Below, in pieces: positions 17,658 to 25,637 of a stretch of 64,000 nt of DNA. Position 1 is the first letter of the stretch; every line of letters begins with the position of its first letter. The notes beneath the pieces are model-generated. The model worked only from the letters and a program-made list of their open reading frames with translations, was not told the origin of the DNA and made no database searches. The DNA is from a virus (Duplodnaviria > Caudoviricetes). The DNA lies in the IMG/VR virus record IMGVR_UViG_3300030104_006170. The stretch is one strand, 5' to 3'. A program made the translations under genes and the position numbers.

Positions 17658-18954
17658 TTCTCTCCCCATCATACACATGTTTTACAACGGGAAATCTTAA
17701 TGAGTGACAACCATCCTGGTTAAGGGTTTCTTCAAAGTATTGTACTGTAATTGTTTTTCCGACTAAACTGTCTGGGTGGAAATCAGGAACATAATACATT
17801 CTTCTTTCTTCATGGTCAAAACCAGAACCTACTCTTACTTCACAACCCTTATGTTCTATTATAACGTTACTTAACATTTCTTCTTCTACTTCTAAACCAT
17901 CTACAATAATTCTGTGAACCGCAACTTCAACACCTTTTACCACATATTCTTCATCAAAGAACTTTTTAACTTTTAATAAGTCATTACTTCTTTTTCCTTT
18001 ATATTCACAATCTTTACGTAACATTAAACCTTCCCAATTATTTTTAGTTGCTAGTTCTGCCAACTCTTGAAAGTGTTCATCCGACTCTACTTTCCATTGT
18101 TCTAACATTTCTATACAATTTAGTTTAGGTCTAACACAAGTACTTAATCTTAAACTTAAATTTCTTGTACTGGTTTGTGTGTCAAATTCTTCTAGTGTAA
18201 GATAATCAAATATTTTATATTTAGGGTTTTCAATGGTGTGGTCTTTTCTTTTAATTTCCTTCATAATCCCTTGGAAGTCTTCTACACCATTATCATCCAC
18301 AATACATACCTCACCATCAAATACAACATTAGTTAGTTCTAAACTCTCTATTTCTTTTCTAAGGGTAGCTAAAGTATCAAATGTCTTACCTTGTCTTGAA
18401 TAGAAATTACATTCACCATTTTCATCTACTATCGCTAAACATCTTACACCGTCTAACTTTTGGGAGGCGAACCAAGTTTGTTTATTAAAATCAACTTTAC
18501 CCTTTTGTTTATCATAAGAGTTAGCTAGTGCTACCTTGAAAGTAGGGACACATTTTGGAATTGCTTTGTTGATTAGGTCCGCTCCCGTTCTTGTCTTTAA
18601 GTTTTTATCTAAAATACAGAATATTAAATCTTTTTGCCAATCCTGCATAGCGGTAATGTAACCTTTGGTATACTGGATTGCGTCATGTCCTGTTATCGTA
18701 CGTTTACTTAATGCGTCCAACAAATAAAACAAATCATTATAACCTATTTTAGATTCTAATTTTTTATTCTTCTTTACTGTTGTACTAGTTAAGTGGAATT
18801 GTTTGAATGGTGAATATGTGTATTTTAAAACCTGGTTAATCAGATAGTCATCCTTGTACTCTTTAATAATATCAATCTTATCATTAGTTGAGTTGGTGGC
18901 TTTTAGTTTATCCACAAATTCTTGTATTCTTTTTAAATCTTTGCTTTCGTTCAT
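17650..18954 (-). CDS. ATP-dependent DNA ligase
   Basis: Motif I QKLDGVR, VFDGE, IFD, WEGLMLR, LLKVKK, OB-fold VGSGF and SLRFP. Confidence 0.95.
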   Translation of the reverse strand: MNESKDLKRIQEFVDKLKATNSTNDKIDIIKEYKDDYLINQVLKYTYSPFKQFHLTSTTVKKNKKLESKIGYNDLFYLLDALSKRTITGHDAIQYTKGYITAMQDWQKDLIFCILDKNLKTRTGADLINKAIPKCVPTFKVALANSYDKQKGKVDFNKQTWFASQKLDGVRCLAIVDENGECNFYSRQGKTFDTLATLRKEIESLELTNVVFDGEVCIVDDNGVEDFQGIMKEIKRKDHTIENPKYKIFDYLTLEEFDTQTSTRNLSLRLSTCVRPKLNCIEMLEQWKVESDEHFQELAELATKNNWEGLMLRKDCEYKGKRSNDLLKVKKFFDEEYVVKGVEVAVHRIIVDGLEVEEEMLSNVIIEHKGCEVRVGSGFDHEERRMYYVPDFHPDSLVGKTITVQYFEETLNQDGCHSLRFPVVKHVYDGERTT

Positions 18955-19084
18955 TTTCTTATTTTTATTCTTTCTTCGTTTCTTTGTTTTTCTATTTCTT
19001 TAACTATAGCAGCTCGTACTTCAGCTCTTATTATAGTATTTACGGGTATCCACCTTTCTAGGAGTATATCTATCTCTTTCACAC

Positions 19085-19303
19085 TTATTTCTTTAGTTTA
19101 GTTAATGTCGCACATTTCTCATATTCTTCTGTAGATATGAAATAATCTATCATGGTATCCAAATCTTCATTATCGTAATTTTCTTCTGGGTGGATAAAGA
19201 ATATTGGTATTTTTGATTTTTCCACCAATTCATCCATTGTTTTTTCGCCCACAATTAACTTGTAAGAATTTACTATACCTGTGTTTATAAAGTTATCCAT
19301 CAT
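19085..19303 (-). CDS. Small protein with a UVR-like C-terminal motif (EEYEKCA)
   Basis: DYFISTEEYEKCATL; paralog at 30181-30420. Confidence 0.6.
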   Translation of the reverse strand: MMDNFINTGIVNSYKLIVGEKTMDELVEKSKIPIFFIHPEENYDNEDLDTMIDYFISTEEYEKCATLTKLKK

Positions 19304-19315
19304 ATATTAATTTTT

Positions 19316-19421
19316 AAAAAACAAGGAGGGGGATTCCTTTCTCCTTTAGAGTTCTGCCCAATCTACACCAGCTATGAAATAACTTATTAGTTACCAGACC
19401 CTGTATGCCACCTCCTTGTAT
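19316..19421 (-). ncRNA. Candidate ~100-nt structured RNA or leader switch with its own promoter
   Basis: 9-bp closing helix ACAAGGAGG/CCTCCTTGT, internal TAACT-AATA-AGTTA hairpin, T run, and TATCTTTG promoter at 19426-19433. Confidence 0.6.
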
Positions 19422-19425
19422 AGTA

Positions 19426-19457
19426 CAAAGATAAGGAAAATTAAAGAAATGACCAAA
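19426..19457 (-). promoter_or_regulatory. Bacteroidota-type promoter
   Basis: Minus strand TTTG-N20-TATCTTTG. Confidence 0.75.
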
Positions 19458-19468
19458 CAATAAGGCAT

Positions 19469-19492
19469 AAAAAAAGAGGTGTAAACCTCTCA
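19469..19492 (-). terminator. Intrinsic terminator
   Basis: AGAGG-TTTACA-CCTCT followed by a T run. Confidence 0.8.
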
Positions 19493-19549
19493 CAACATTT
19501 TCAGAACCCTTTTGGTTGGTGAACCTCCGTATACTGAGGCCTACTAATG

Positions 19550-19639
19550 TTATAACGCTAAACTAAAAACAACCACCATCAATACAATGTAAATAATTGG
19601 GGCTATGTCTATTTTTTTTACTTCTTGTTCCATACTCAT
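19550..19639 (-). CDS. 29-aa hydrophobic peptide (MSMEQEVKKIDIAPIIYIVLMVVVFSLAL)
   Basis: Read manually; TATTTAT directly upstream; single TM helix. Confidence 0.65.
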   Translation of the reverse strand: MSMEQEVKKIDIAPIIYIVLMVVVFSLAL

Positions 19640-19683
19640 AAATAGAAGTGGTTGAAGCATTCTATGTTAAGAAATCGTTAAAT

Positions 19684-20589
19684 CTATATTAAATTTAAGT
19701 GTGGTAAAATAGACAGTTCTTTTGCTTTGGACTCCACCATAATATCTACATTATTACCGTATGTACTTGGTAAGTTATTTATGTAGTCTGAGTGTGCTTG
19801 GGGTTTTAATTTTTGATTACTTTCATGTAAAGCTTTAGACTCTGAATAATGTACTACTGGGGTTATTCCCTTAGGCCATGTAGAAATGGCTAACTCAAGA
19901 GCTTCTTGTTCTGTCATGTCACCAGTACAAAACTTATGGTGGTGATAATCAAATACAATAGGGATACCAATACGTTCATGTATATACATTAAATCTTTTA
20001 CGGAATACATTGTTGCCTTATCATCATTCTCAACTGTAAGACGTGTCTGAACTGATTCAGGGAGTAACTCAAAGTTTTTACAGAATCTATCTAGAGCAGA
20101 TTGTTTATCCCCATATACACCATTACAATGTATATTGATTTTATTGTATGGTGTTCTATCTAGACCCAGTAAATCAAATACCTTACCGTGGTTGGTTAGG
20201 TCTGTTATTGTATTTTGTACCACATGTTCTCGGGGTGAAACCAGGACATTGAATGGTCCTGGGTGTGAAGTTAATCTAACACGATTATCTCTCGCGTAAT
20301 TACCACAACTAGAAAGAACAGTCTTGATTCTTTGATATTGGGGTAGGTCTTCTATATTGTACTCAGAAGCCCAAGGAAAAATATCTGACGAGATTCTAAA
20401 AAAATTAATCCCGTTCTCCACATTCCATTTTACTATCTCACATAAATCTCTAGAATTAAGTAGGGAAAGTTCCCCAGCATAGTCTATACCCTTATCTATA
20501 AAGGTTTTTTTAATCATAGACCTATTAGTGGTAATCTTGGGCTTCTGTCCCCCAAGTGTCATATTTATACAAGCATATCCTAAGTTCAT
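19684..20589 (-). CDS. uvsE: UV damage endonuclease
   Basis: LGYACIN, FFRISSDIFPW, RLTSHPG, INIHCNG, RLTVENDD, IPIVFDYHHH, HYSES, AHSDY, DIMVESKAKE. Confidence 0.95.
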   Translation of the reverse strand: MNLGYACINMTLGGQKPKITTNRSMIKKTFIDKGIDYAGELSLLNSRDLCEIVKWNVENGINFFRISSDIFPWASEYNIEDLPQYQRIKTVLSSCGNYARDNRVRLTSHPGPFNVLVSPREHVVQNTITDLTNHGKVFDLLGLDRTPYNKINIHCNGVYGDKQSALDRFCKNFELLPESVQTRLTVENDDKATMYSVKDLMYIHERIGIPIVFDYHHHKFCTGDMTEQEALELAISTWPKGITPVVHYSESKALHESNQKLKPQAHSDYINNLPSTYGNNVDIMVESKAKELSILPHLNLI

Positions 20590-20593
20590 ATTA

Positions 20594-20634
20594 CAAATAT
20601 ATAAAAAAAAACCGAAAGTTTTAAGTTTCGGTTT
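20594..20634 (-). terminator. Terminator of the T9SS-cargo operon, abutting the TATATTTG promoter of uvsE
   Basis: Minus strand AAACCGAAA-N8-TTTCGGTTT plus T run, then TATATTTG at 20594-20601. Confidence 0.8.
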
Positions 20635-20657
20635 AATTATTTTTATGTTATTAACTA

Positions 20658-21449
20658 TTATCTAGTAATATATAATTTTTGATTTCTAATGTATAGTTTA
20701 CCTACTGGAATTTCAGTTAATTCTCTACCTAGTAAGTCATAAATTTTACCATCATTAATTCTATTAAATGTTAGTTCATTTATTGAAGTTGGTGTCATAT
20801 TAAGTAATACCCATGAAAAACTATTTTGGTCAAATACTAACCACTCTTCTACACTACATACTTCTACTGAACCGTTCTCATAAATATATATATCATAACC
20901 AACTTTTACTGTGTCTGATGTTGTGATTTGTGGAAAATAATCATACAGACCTGAACCTGTATAACAAGTACCACCTCCTGTATATCCAGTACACACACCC
21001 CAATATACTGTCATAGAGTCAGGATTATGAACCATACCTGATGTGTCAAGTCCTATATTAAATCCTTGACTTTGGTCTATCCAATATGTTATTGAGTCAC
21101 AGCAAAAATATGGTTGTTGCATACTCATCTTTAACCACATATTTGCATCCCATATCCAATTTACACAACATGTAGTAGTCGCTCCCATACCATAAGTAAT
21201 ACAAGTTGTCAGTGTATCATAGTTAAATTGGAAGTTATAGACCATATGATATGTACTCATACTATCTTCTTGGAATATCACTCCGTCATTTGATGTTGTT
21301 ACCCAATAATCAATAAAGGTGTTGACTCCAACAACCTCAAAAATAGGTTGATTCTGGGGTCCATTAACAATCATTGAATCACAATAATTTATTTGTGCTT
21401 GTGTTTGTAGTCCAAACATAACTAATAGTGCTAATAAAATTCTTTTCAT
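20658..21449 (-). CDS. Secreted Cys-rich protein with a short T9SS type A-like C-terminal domain
   Basis: Sec signal ending AQ; two related Cys-containing repeats; C-terminal PTSINE..KIYDLLGRE..KLYI. Confidence 0.7.
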   Translation of the reverse strand: MKRILLALLVMFGLQTQAQINYCDSMIVNGPQNQPIFEVVGVNTFIDYWVTTSNDGVIFQEDSMSTYHMVYNFQFNYDTLTTCITYGMGATTTCCVNWIWDANMWLKMSMQQPYFCCDSITYWIDQSQGFNIGLDTSGMVHNPDSMTVYWGVCTGYTGGGTCYTGSGLYDYFPQITTSDTVKVGYDIYIYENGSVEVCSVEEWLVFDQNSFSWVLLNMTPTSINELTFNRINDGKIYDLLGRELTEIPVGKLYIRNQKLYITR

Positions 21450-21516
21450 TTTTTAATTTTTAATTTAATTATTATTTCATATAATAAATACGAAATATAA
21501 ACTTAATTGTCTAGTA

Positions 21517-22047
21517 CTATCTTACTAGTGTAACGTGACCTGTGTAATGTTGGTTGTGTGTCCTAATTGAGTATGTGTAGACCCCTACCTGACAATTCTT
21601 TCCATCCCATGGAATGTTATCGGTTGTTTGATATATAATTTCACCCCATCTATTGTATATAACCATTAGCTCTATATCGTCTTTATCAGCACCGTGAACA
21701 TAAAATGTTTCATTGTAATCGTCCTGGTTTGGTGTGAATGAGTTAGGTACAAATATTTGTAAGTATGGACAATCTTCTACTATTACCTCATGATAAGAAG
21801 TGTCACCATCACATCCAAATCTAGTTGTATAAACAGATATGATATATGTACCTACTGAATCTGGCCACTGTACAGTAATAGAATTATTATTATTGTATAG
21901 TATTTCTCCACCTATTATATCCCAATAATATACCTTATCCGCATCATAACTTACTTGATAATTTTGTGGTGTTATTCCCTCACAATTAGTGTAAGTTTCT
22001 TGAGCAAATAATTGAAGTGGTAGTAGTATATATACTAACCATCTCAT
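21517..22047 (-). CDS. PKD-like plus T9SS type B (gliding motility-associated/CHU_C) C-terminal domain protein
   Basis: Signal ending FAQ; IFVPNSFTPNQDDYNETF..IYNRWGEIIY..WDG..GVYTY..GHVTLVR. Confidence 0.9.
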   Translation of the reverse strand: MRWLVYILLPLQLFAQETYTNCEGITPQNYQVSYDADKVYYWDIIGGEILYNNNNSITVQWPDSVGTYIISVYTTRFGCDGDTSYHEVIVEDCPYLQIFVPNSFTPNQDDYNETFYVHGADKDDIELMVIYNRWGEIIYQTTDNIPWDGKNCQVGVYTYSIRTHNQHYTGHVTLVR

Positions 22048-22048
22048 A

Positions 22049-22588
22049 TTAGTAATGTTGAATTGGTCCTGTAACTGGTCCGTTATTAACTACCACATTT
22101 ATTGTTGTATTACAACCAGCCATAGAATAAGTTAATACGTAATTCCCCACCCCTGTTGATGGTTGGAATGAATTTGCTACTACACCTGTTCCAGACCAAG
22201 TACCTCCTGCAGGTGTTCCTACTAATGGAGTTGTGGGGTCTCCTGGACAGAATGGTCCAATTGCATTCCCATTTAAATCTAGTACAAATACATCTAATAA
22301 TACGGGTGTTCCAGGACAGTTGGCTGCATTGGTTTCAATAACTTCAACAGCGTTTGTAAAAAGTCCACTAACACCTCCCCAATCTACTGTGATTGAATTG
22401 GTTCCTTGTCCTGTTTGTAAAACACCACCACCACCTGTGATAGTCCAGTTATAAGTTGATGTAGGGGTATTAGTAACAAAATACTGTTCACCTACTGCGT
22501 TTGCACATACTGTGTCTGGGTTGATTGTTGTTTGACCGTAAGTCGTTAATCCTATGAGGATTAATAAAACTGTTAAAATTCTTTTCAT
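22049..22588 (-). CDS. Secreted PKD/Ig-like protein ending in PVTGPIQHY
   Basis: Signal ending YGQ; STYNWTITGGG..GQGTNSITVDW; PAGGTWSGTGV. Confidence 0.75.
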   Translation of the reverse strand: MKRILTVLLILIGLTTYGQTTINPDTVCANAVGEQYFVTNTPTSTYNWTITGGGGVLQTGQGTNSITVDWGGVSGLFTNAVEVIETNAANCPGTPVLLDVFVLDLNGNAIGPFCPGDPTTPLVGTPAGGTWSGTGVVANSFQPSTGVGNYVLTYSMAGCNTTINVVVNNGPVTGPIQHY

Positions 22589-22599
22589 AATTTATTTTT

Positions 22600-23160
22600 T
22601 TAATAATGATTTATGTTCGATGTAATGGGTATCACTACTTGAACGGTTCCGTTGTATATTTGATATGCTGGGTCGTTACAACAATTTCCGTTAGCCCAAC
22701 CTCCTGTTGTACAATCATCGAAAACCTCTATACTAATACTTAAATCTTCGTTTGTACATGTTTGTCCAACTGTTATTTGAAAACTGGTGATAAATGGACC
22801 GTTAGAACTGGTTCCCCATCCTGCTGTACCTGCATTTTCAAATCTCCATCCTGGTCCAAAGTTAAACCCTCCGGGGTATGTATGTTGTAAATCCCACAAC
22901 CAATTACCTGTTGAGCCTAATGGATTACCTGGAGCTTGTGTTGGTGTTAGGTTCACCCACCCAATTCCTAGATTGATTTGGATGGCATGTATCCAGTTTA
23001 TATTTATCCCGGTAAAATCTTGTAGTGTATACCACACTGTCACAGTTTGTCCTGGAGAATAAGGACCAGCTGGAGATATAACATGTGACTGATTAATTAC
23101 ACATTGTGAATAGGATGTAAACGACAACACCATTAGTAATATTGTTAATAACTTTCTCAT
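22600..23160 (-). CDS. Secreted beta-rich protein ending in PITSNINHY
   Basis: Signal ending YSQ; resembles N-terminal domains of flavobacterial surface proteins; TATTTAT upstream. Confidence 0.7.
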   Translation of the reverse strand: MRKLLTILLMVLSFTSYSQCVINQSHVISPAGPYSPGQTVTVWYTLQDFTGININWIHAIQINLGIGWVNLTPTQAPGNPLGSTGNWLWDLQHTYPGGFNFGPGWRFENAGTAGWGTSSNGPFITSFQITVGQTCTNEDLSISIEVFDDCTTGGWANGNCCNDPAYQIYNGTVQVVIPITSNINHY

Positions 23161-23188
23161 ATATAATAAATATAGAAAAAATTCCCAT

Positions 23189-23224
23189 AAAAGAAAAATC
23201 CCCGTATGGTTAAATACGAGGATT
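23189..23224 (-). terminator. Intrinsic terminator after the structured-RNA region
   Basis: AATCCTCGTAT-TTAACC-ATACGGGGATT (11 bp with one G-U) plus T-rich tail. Confidence 0.85.
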
Positions 23225-23225
23225 C

Positions 23226-23438
23226 TCAGGAAGAGGTTTCAATTTAATTTTAGTAATTGTAAAGATTGCAGTAATCTTCCTTTCATATAAAAATCACCCT
23301 GGGGTGAAGAATTTTAATCTTTTGGGTAGTCAGAATCATTTTTTATCCCTAGTTTATTTTATCGTCAAGGTGGGGAATAATGTCCACCTCTCTCTCTTTG
23401 TTAGTTTAATTTGCCGAAGAGATTCTTTGGTCTACCCA
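23226..23438 (-). ncRNA. Tandem structured RNA units downstream of the Ro/TROVE-like gene (Y-RNA-like candidate)
   Basis: Unit 1 at 23323-23438: TGGGTAG/CTACCCA and AGAATC/GATTCT helices with a CGGCAA box. Unit 2 at 23226-23281: AGGAAGA/TCTTCCT helix with a CTGCAA box. Both 3' strands are followed by GA. Confidence 0.6.
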
Positions 23439-24872
23439 TTAGACCGTAATAGATTCGTATCGAGCGGACCCAATAGTCTCCATCATCATATTATAAGGAG
23501 TAAGTTCCTCACAGCTTAAAATACTTTTCATGATTGAGGGTGAGAACCCTGATACTAATGCTGTTCCCATCTCGTCGAAACGAGTTGGTACATTGTCTTG
23601 TCTACTTTGGATATTCCAGTAAACAATTCCTGGCATTTCGTAACCAGCTTCCTCATACATCCCTTTAATCATTTCTTGTGCAGTTGGATTCCAATCTGAT
23701 ATATCATACATTCTACTACCAATTGCTTCATCAAACTCCATATCCGAAAGGACAAGAACTTTGGTTGGCATCTGTGATAGTGGAACATTATGTTTTACTG
23801 CTTGGTCCAAGATTAACTCAAACGTTGCTTTTAAATCAGTATTCATTCCCCAATCTGCTCTCTCCAGTTGGTCTAACCTATCGGCTAACGAACCTTCAAG
23901 TAATTGTAGTTGTGGTCTCGAAGAGAAGGTTATGAATGCGTTTTTAAATACACCTTCGTTTCTCTCTGAGATATACAGACCCAATGATGTTGACACATCC
24001 ATACAAGTAACTTTACCGTTATTTCCTGCTGATGTAGTCATTGAACCTGAGGTATCAACTACAGGTAACACTCTTTCACTAATTCCTTCCATGTAATTTG
24101 GAAGAGACTCCCATTGTGCTTGTGCAACATCCTTTTCTCCACCATATTTAATGGATTTAGTAATGTCATAAGGGTATATAGCTCCAGAGTTGATAGTAGT
24201 TTTACCATCAACTAAAGCTCTTTTGTACTCCTCATACCTCTCCTCGTCATTCTTCATGAAAGTTTTCTGATACCTTGACGATGCTAGGGACGGAAGTTTC
24301 GAATACTCGATACTTGACCAGTCCTTTGCACACATCTTGGTTTCAACCACATTTGTAAGTCCTACTAATAACTTACGATATTGTTTGGGTGACAATTTTA
24401 AATACCTACGAATAATATTCGCTTTTGGTCCTTTTCTTGGCATCCACTTTGCACATAACCCATCTTGTTTGTCTAACGCAGTTTTAATTATGTGTAAAGC
24501 AGATTCCCAACAATTCATTGTACCCACTAATGTTAATACATCATCCCATCTACCATATTCACTAATTAAGTGAATGTTTTTATGTAGTACTTCTCTGTGG
24601 TTTTCACATAACCATAATAAACAATCTCTGAAGATTTGTCTCTCACCAGCTCCACCACGGACATCACGTGTCCAAAAAATAATTTTAATTGTTGTGAGAG
24701 GGTCTTCATTAAACGCTTTAGAGACTTTGGCGAGTAGTCTCTTCTTATCCATACCTCGCATTGCTCCGATTTGGAAAAAAAGATTGACACAGTGATTTAA
24801 AGAGGATGAGTTTGTACTCATACCATTTTCTGTCATTGTGTCTTTTGTTTGTAAAGCGTCGATTAGATTCAT
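23439..24872 (-). CDS. DUF2828-type TROVE/Ro60-like protein with a vWA domain
   Basis: TENG, RDVRGGAGER..FR, YGRWDD, AKWMPR, YRK, MIDAS VDTSGSM, TFS, NTD, LSDMEFD, YWN, LVSGFS. Confidence 0.85.
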   Translation of the reverse strand: MNLIDALQTKDTMTENGMSTNSSSLNHCVNLFFQIGAMRGMDKKRLLAKVSKAFNEDPLTTIKIIFWTRDVRGGAGERQIFRDCLLWLCENHREVLHKNIHLISEYGRWDDVLTLVGTMNCWESALHIIKTALDKQDGLCAKWMPRKGPKANIIRRYLKLSPKQYRKLLVGLTNVVETKMCAKDWSSIEYSKLPSLASSRYQKTFMKNDEERYEEYKRALVDGKTTINSGAIYPYDITKSIKYGGEKDVAQAQWESLPNYMEGISERVLPVVDTSGSMTTSAGNNGKVTCMDVSTSLGLYISERNEGVFKNAFITFSSRPQLQLLEGSLADRLDQLERADWGMNTDLKATFELILDQAVKHNVPLSQMPTKVLVLSDMEFDEAIGSRMYDISDWNPTAQEMIKGMYEEAGYEMPGIVYWNIQSRQDNVPTRFDEMGTALVSGFSPSIMKSILSCEELTPYNMMMETIGSARYESITV

Positions 24873-24904
24873 AGTTATCTTTTTAAAGTTTAAAACGTTC
24901 TTTA

Positions 24905-24933
24905 ATTATATATTAATTTTTTTTGTCTGTCAA
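24905..24933 (-). promoter_or_regulatory. Perfect sigma70-consensus promoter for the Ro-like gene
   Basis: Minus strand TTGACA (24933-24928), N17, TATAAT (24910-24905). Confidence 0.85.
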
Positions 24934-24953
24934 GTTTCTAGTTATATATTTTA

Positions 24954-25190
24954 CTACTCTTCTGTACTTGTTGTTTCTGTAGGTTTAGTAAAATATCTTT
25001 CTAGTGTCTCTAACCTTTCATCTGCTGAAGCTAGTAATCTAATTGCTTCGTTACAATTATCCCAATAATCTTTAGTTGAGTGGTCACCTATCCCTGCTGG
25101 GTGATTAGTTAATAAATGTAAACTAGCTAATGCTTTGTTTTTATCTGCTTCAGCCTGTGATTTTAAAAAGGTGTATACTTGTAAATTCAT
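24954..25190 (-). CDS. Hypothetical protein (HPAGIGDH motif)
   Basis: ORF track. Confidence 0.65.
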   Translation of the reverse strand: MNLQVYTFLKSQAEADKNKALASLHLLTNHPAGIGDHSTKDYWDNCNEAIRLLASADERLETLERYFTKPTETTSTEE

Positions 25191-25205
25191 AATTTTCTTT
25201 TTTTT

Positions 25206-25493
25206 TTAATTATTTTTATTATTTATTTTCTGTTTAGCTTCCCACCTTTCTTTTCTTGATGGTTTAGCGTCTTTTAATTTTTTAGTTTTAGAAGGTGTAG
25301 CTGCTTCATTTAGTTTTCTACCAAATTTTATTAGGTGTGTTAATCTTTTAATTTCTTTTTTTGATTCACCATTAATAGGTAACCTATCTAATTTTTGTTG
25401 GGGTGTTAAACTATTATAATACTCTTGTCTAAGTTCCGCAGCTTTTCTTCTTGTACTTCTACTGGTTTGTCCGTGTTTTCTTACTTTTGCCAT
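25206..25493 (-). CDS. Highly basic protein, probably nucleic-acid binding
   Basis: K/R-rich 95 aa; starts 18 nt after the tRNA-like element. Confidence 0.65.
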   Translation of the reverse strand: MAKVRKHGQTSRSTRRKAAELRQEYYNSLTPQQKLDRLPINGESKKEIKRLTHLIKFGRKLNEAATPSKTKKLKDAKPSRKERWEAKQKINNKNN

Positions 25494-25511
25494 AATTATT
25501 TTAAATTTTAG

Positions 25512-25581
25512 AGCGGGTGGGTGAAACGAATCACCATCTACCTACTGGAATGTATGCCGCTTTTCATTAAGCTACACCCGC
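25512..25581 (-). tRNA. Non-canonical tRNA-Gly(TCC)-like element, no encoded CCA
   Basis: Acceptor GCGGGTG/CACCCGC plus U73; D stem GCTT/AAGC with a 6-nt loop lacking GG; anticodon arm GCATA/TAGGT with an 8-nt loop CATTCCAG; T arm GGTGA/TCACC with a 6-nt TTCGTT loop. Confidence 0.7.
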
Positions 25582-25602
25582 ATGTGTCTTTAACTCAGTA
25601 TA

Positions 25603-25631
25603 AGTATATAATAAATTTTGTGTTTAGACAA
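25603..25631 (-). promoter_or_regulatory. Sigma70-like promoter for the tRNA-like element
   Basis: Minus strand TTGTCT-N17-TATACT. Confidence 0.7.
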
Positions 25632-25637
25632 GAAGAG

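Noticed and set aside
19316-19421. Known ribozyme or riboswitch (hammerhead, HDV/theta, twister, SAM, SRP)
   Set aside because: I could not find their catalytic or ligand-binding consensus by eye; kept only as an unassigned structured RNA.
20658-23160. Host chromosomal contamination explaining the T9SS genes
   Set aside because: The operon uses the phage TATTTAT motif, has similar base composition, and is flanked by phage-type genes with no junction signature. Read mapping is still needed to confirm.
25512-25581. tRNA-Trp(CCA) reading
   Set aside because: Centring CCA in a 7-nt loop destroys the anticodon stem, and the acceptor stem and U73 match Gly.
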